Positions 62,812 to 64,000 of a DNA stretch of 64,000 nt are shown one piece after another. The stretch's first letter is position 1. Each line of letters opens with the position of its first letter. Below the pieces are notes generated by a model. It saw only the letters and a program-made list of their open reading frames with translations, had not been told where the DNA came from and did not search any database. The position numbers and the translations under genes were made by a program. Origin of the DNA: Takakia lepidozioides (taxonomy: Eukaryota; Plantae; Bryophyta); contig CM060732.1 of NCBI GenBank assembly GCA_030704615.1, forward strand, positions 32,054,001-32,118,000, in the 5' to 3' direction.

Positions 62812-63411
62812 TTGTGCCCATCTCCTCCCTGCTTTGAGTTCGTGTTGTGTCGTGAGGCCATGTCGTGCCCGAATCACATCTATCGACGCCAGACGGGAGT
62901 CATTTTCCCGAAAGCAGACGACATCATTGTCTTCCTGGATGTTTACAGGGACGATCCTCGACTTGTCCAGCTGAGAGCAATGGAGTTTCTTCCAGGATTG
63001 CACGATTCTCCTGGACCCCGGCTGGGGAGCAGGTGGTTCCTACGCATCATGGACCTGGACTTTCCGCATGTGTGGGAGCCGAACAGATCACGCACAGCGT
63101 TGCTGTATCGCTGGAATTGTTGCGAGTGGACGTATGATGAGTGCATAGGTGAAAACTTTACGCGTGGACGGACTGGCTCGGAAAGTGGGGACATTCTCTT
63201 CAGTTATGAGGATGAGGAGGAGGGGAACACAGGGCCCACTGTGAAAATGTCCTTCTACCAAGGGGGCGCTATCGATAAACACGACATCCTCGTTAGTTTC
63301 AACCGGGCGACAGAAACCACTGACATTTTGTTCAAATATAGGCACCCGGTCACTCAGGAGGTCCTTGAGAGGCCAGTTCGAGTTCCTTCTTCTTGGGCGA
63401 GGGGACCATAG
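62812..63411 (+). CDS. Intronless hypothetical protein (likely ATG 62860), unknown family
   Basis: Uninterrupted 199-codon ORF with globular, beta-rich-looking composition; no motif recognised. Confidence 0.45.
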   Translation: MCPSPPCFEFVLCREAMSCPNHIYRRQTGVIFPKADDIIVFLDVYRDDPRLVQLRAMEFLPGLHDSPGPRLGSRWFLRIMDLDFPHVWEPNRSRTALLYRWNCCEWTYDECIGENFTRGRTGSESGDILFSYEDEEEGNTGPTVKMSFYQGGAIDKHDILVSFNRATETTDILFKYRHPVTQEVLERPVRVPSSWARGP

Positions 63412-64000
63412 GTCTTGCATGCTAGAGTAGACATGTTTCAACTTGCTGACACTCATGGCACATACATTTTCATTCAGAAATCAAGCAGCTTCCCTGTGCC
63501 ATATGGGGAATATACAGGCTTCGATAATCTTCTGTTAATGTTATTTGCAATTCACTGCCAGTATGCTGGGACGTGTCCTTTGTCGTATGGATTGCTGTTT
63601 GCACAAGGTGCAGTATGCAAATGCTGGAATGTGCAGTAGGACCCTTCCCACTGGGACACAGAACTAGCAATCTTGTAAAGGCATCACATTTGCAGAACAG
63701 TAACAATGTATTTGTAGCAAATTGGAGTCTTCATAAAGGTGGACGAAATTCACATGTAGCCATGGCGATGCGGCACCACCAAGTGTATAATTCCTCACAA
63801 AAAAATAGGGTGCAAGAAGATGAATGTAATATAATTGCCACTTCTCCTTCCCGAATGTGGAATGTCAAGCAGTCCGACCAGTATCCTGCCGTAGGGCCTT
63901 GTGCAGCTCGTTGAAACTCAGTGTTGGAGCATGGATGAAGACGTCCACTGCGGATATGCAACTCATGCGCTTCATAAAAATGTAATAAAGGTGTTTGCAG

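Overview
Eukaryotic, intron-rich, TE-dense window, most likely from a seedless land plant such as a bryophyte (inferred from the PLS-class PPR gene, plant TAD2 and HNH genes, and stearoyl-ACP desaturase and XH-domain fragments). Two DNA-methyltransferase-bearing units stand out. (1) A degenerate Ty3/Gypsy element (~5.3-15.6 kb, +) carries a DNMT3-like C5-cytosine methyltransferase between protease and RT, and a PHD finger after integrase. (2) A multi-exon pseudogene (~1.1-4.7 kb, +) fuses a ParB-like domain to a prokaryote-type beta-class N4C/N6A methyltransferase and is interrupted by another LTR element. Host genes are a PLS/E PPR gene with a damaged C-terminus, a 7-exon TAD2 and a 7-exon HNH endonuclease whose 3' half is duplicated 11-12 kb upstream. 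Also present: a Crinkler/RHS-type NTPase-nuclease pseudogene, LINE pieces with many short 3'-end copies, hAT and CACTA non-autonomous elements, and a Mutator-like SWIM transposase facing a Ulp1 protease gene amid dense TGTAACCC repeats. Domain calls come from motif recognition by eye. Many single-base frameshifts could be assembly errors.
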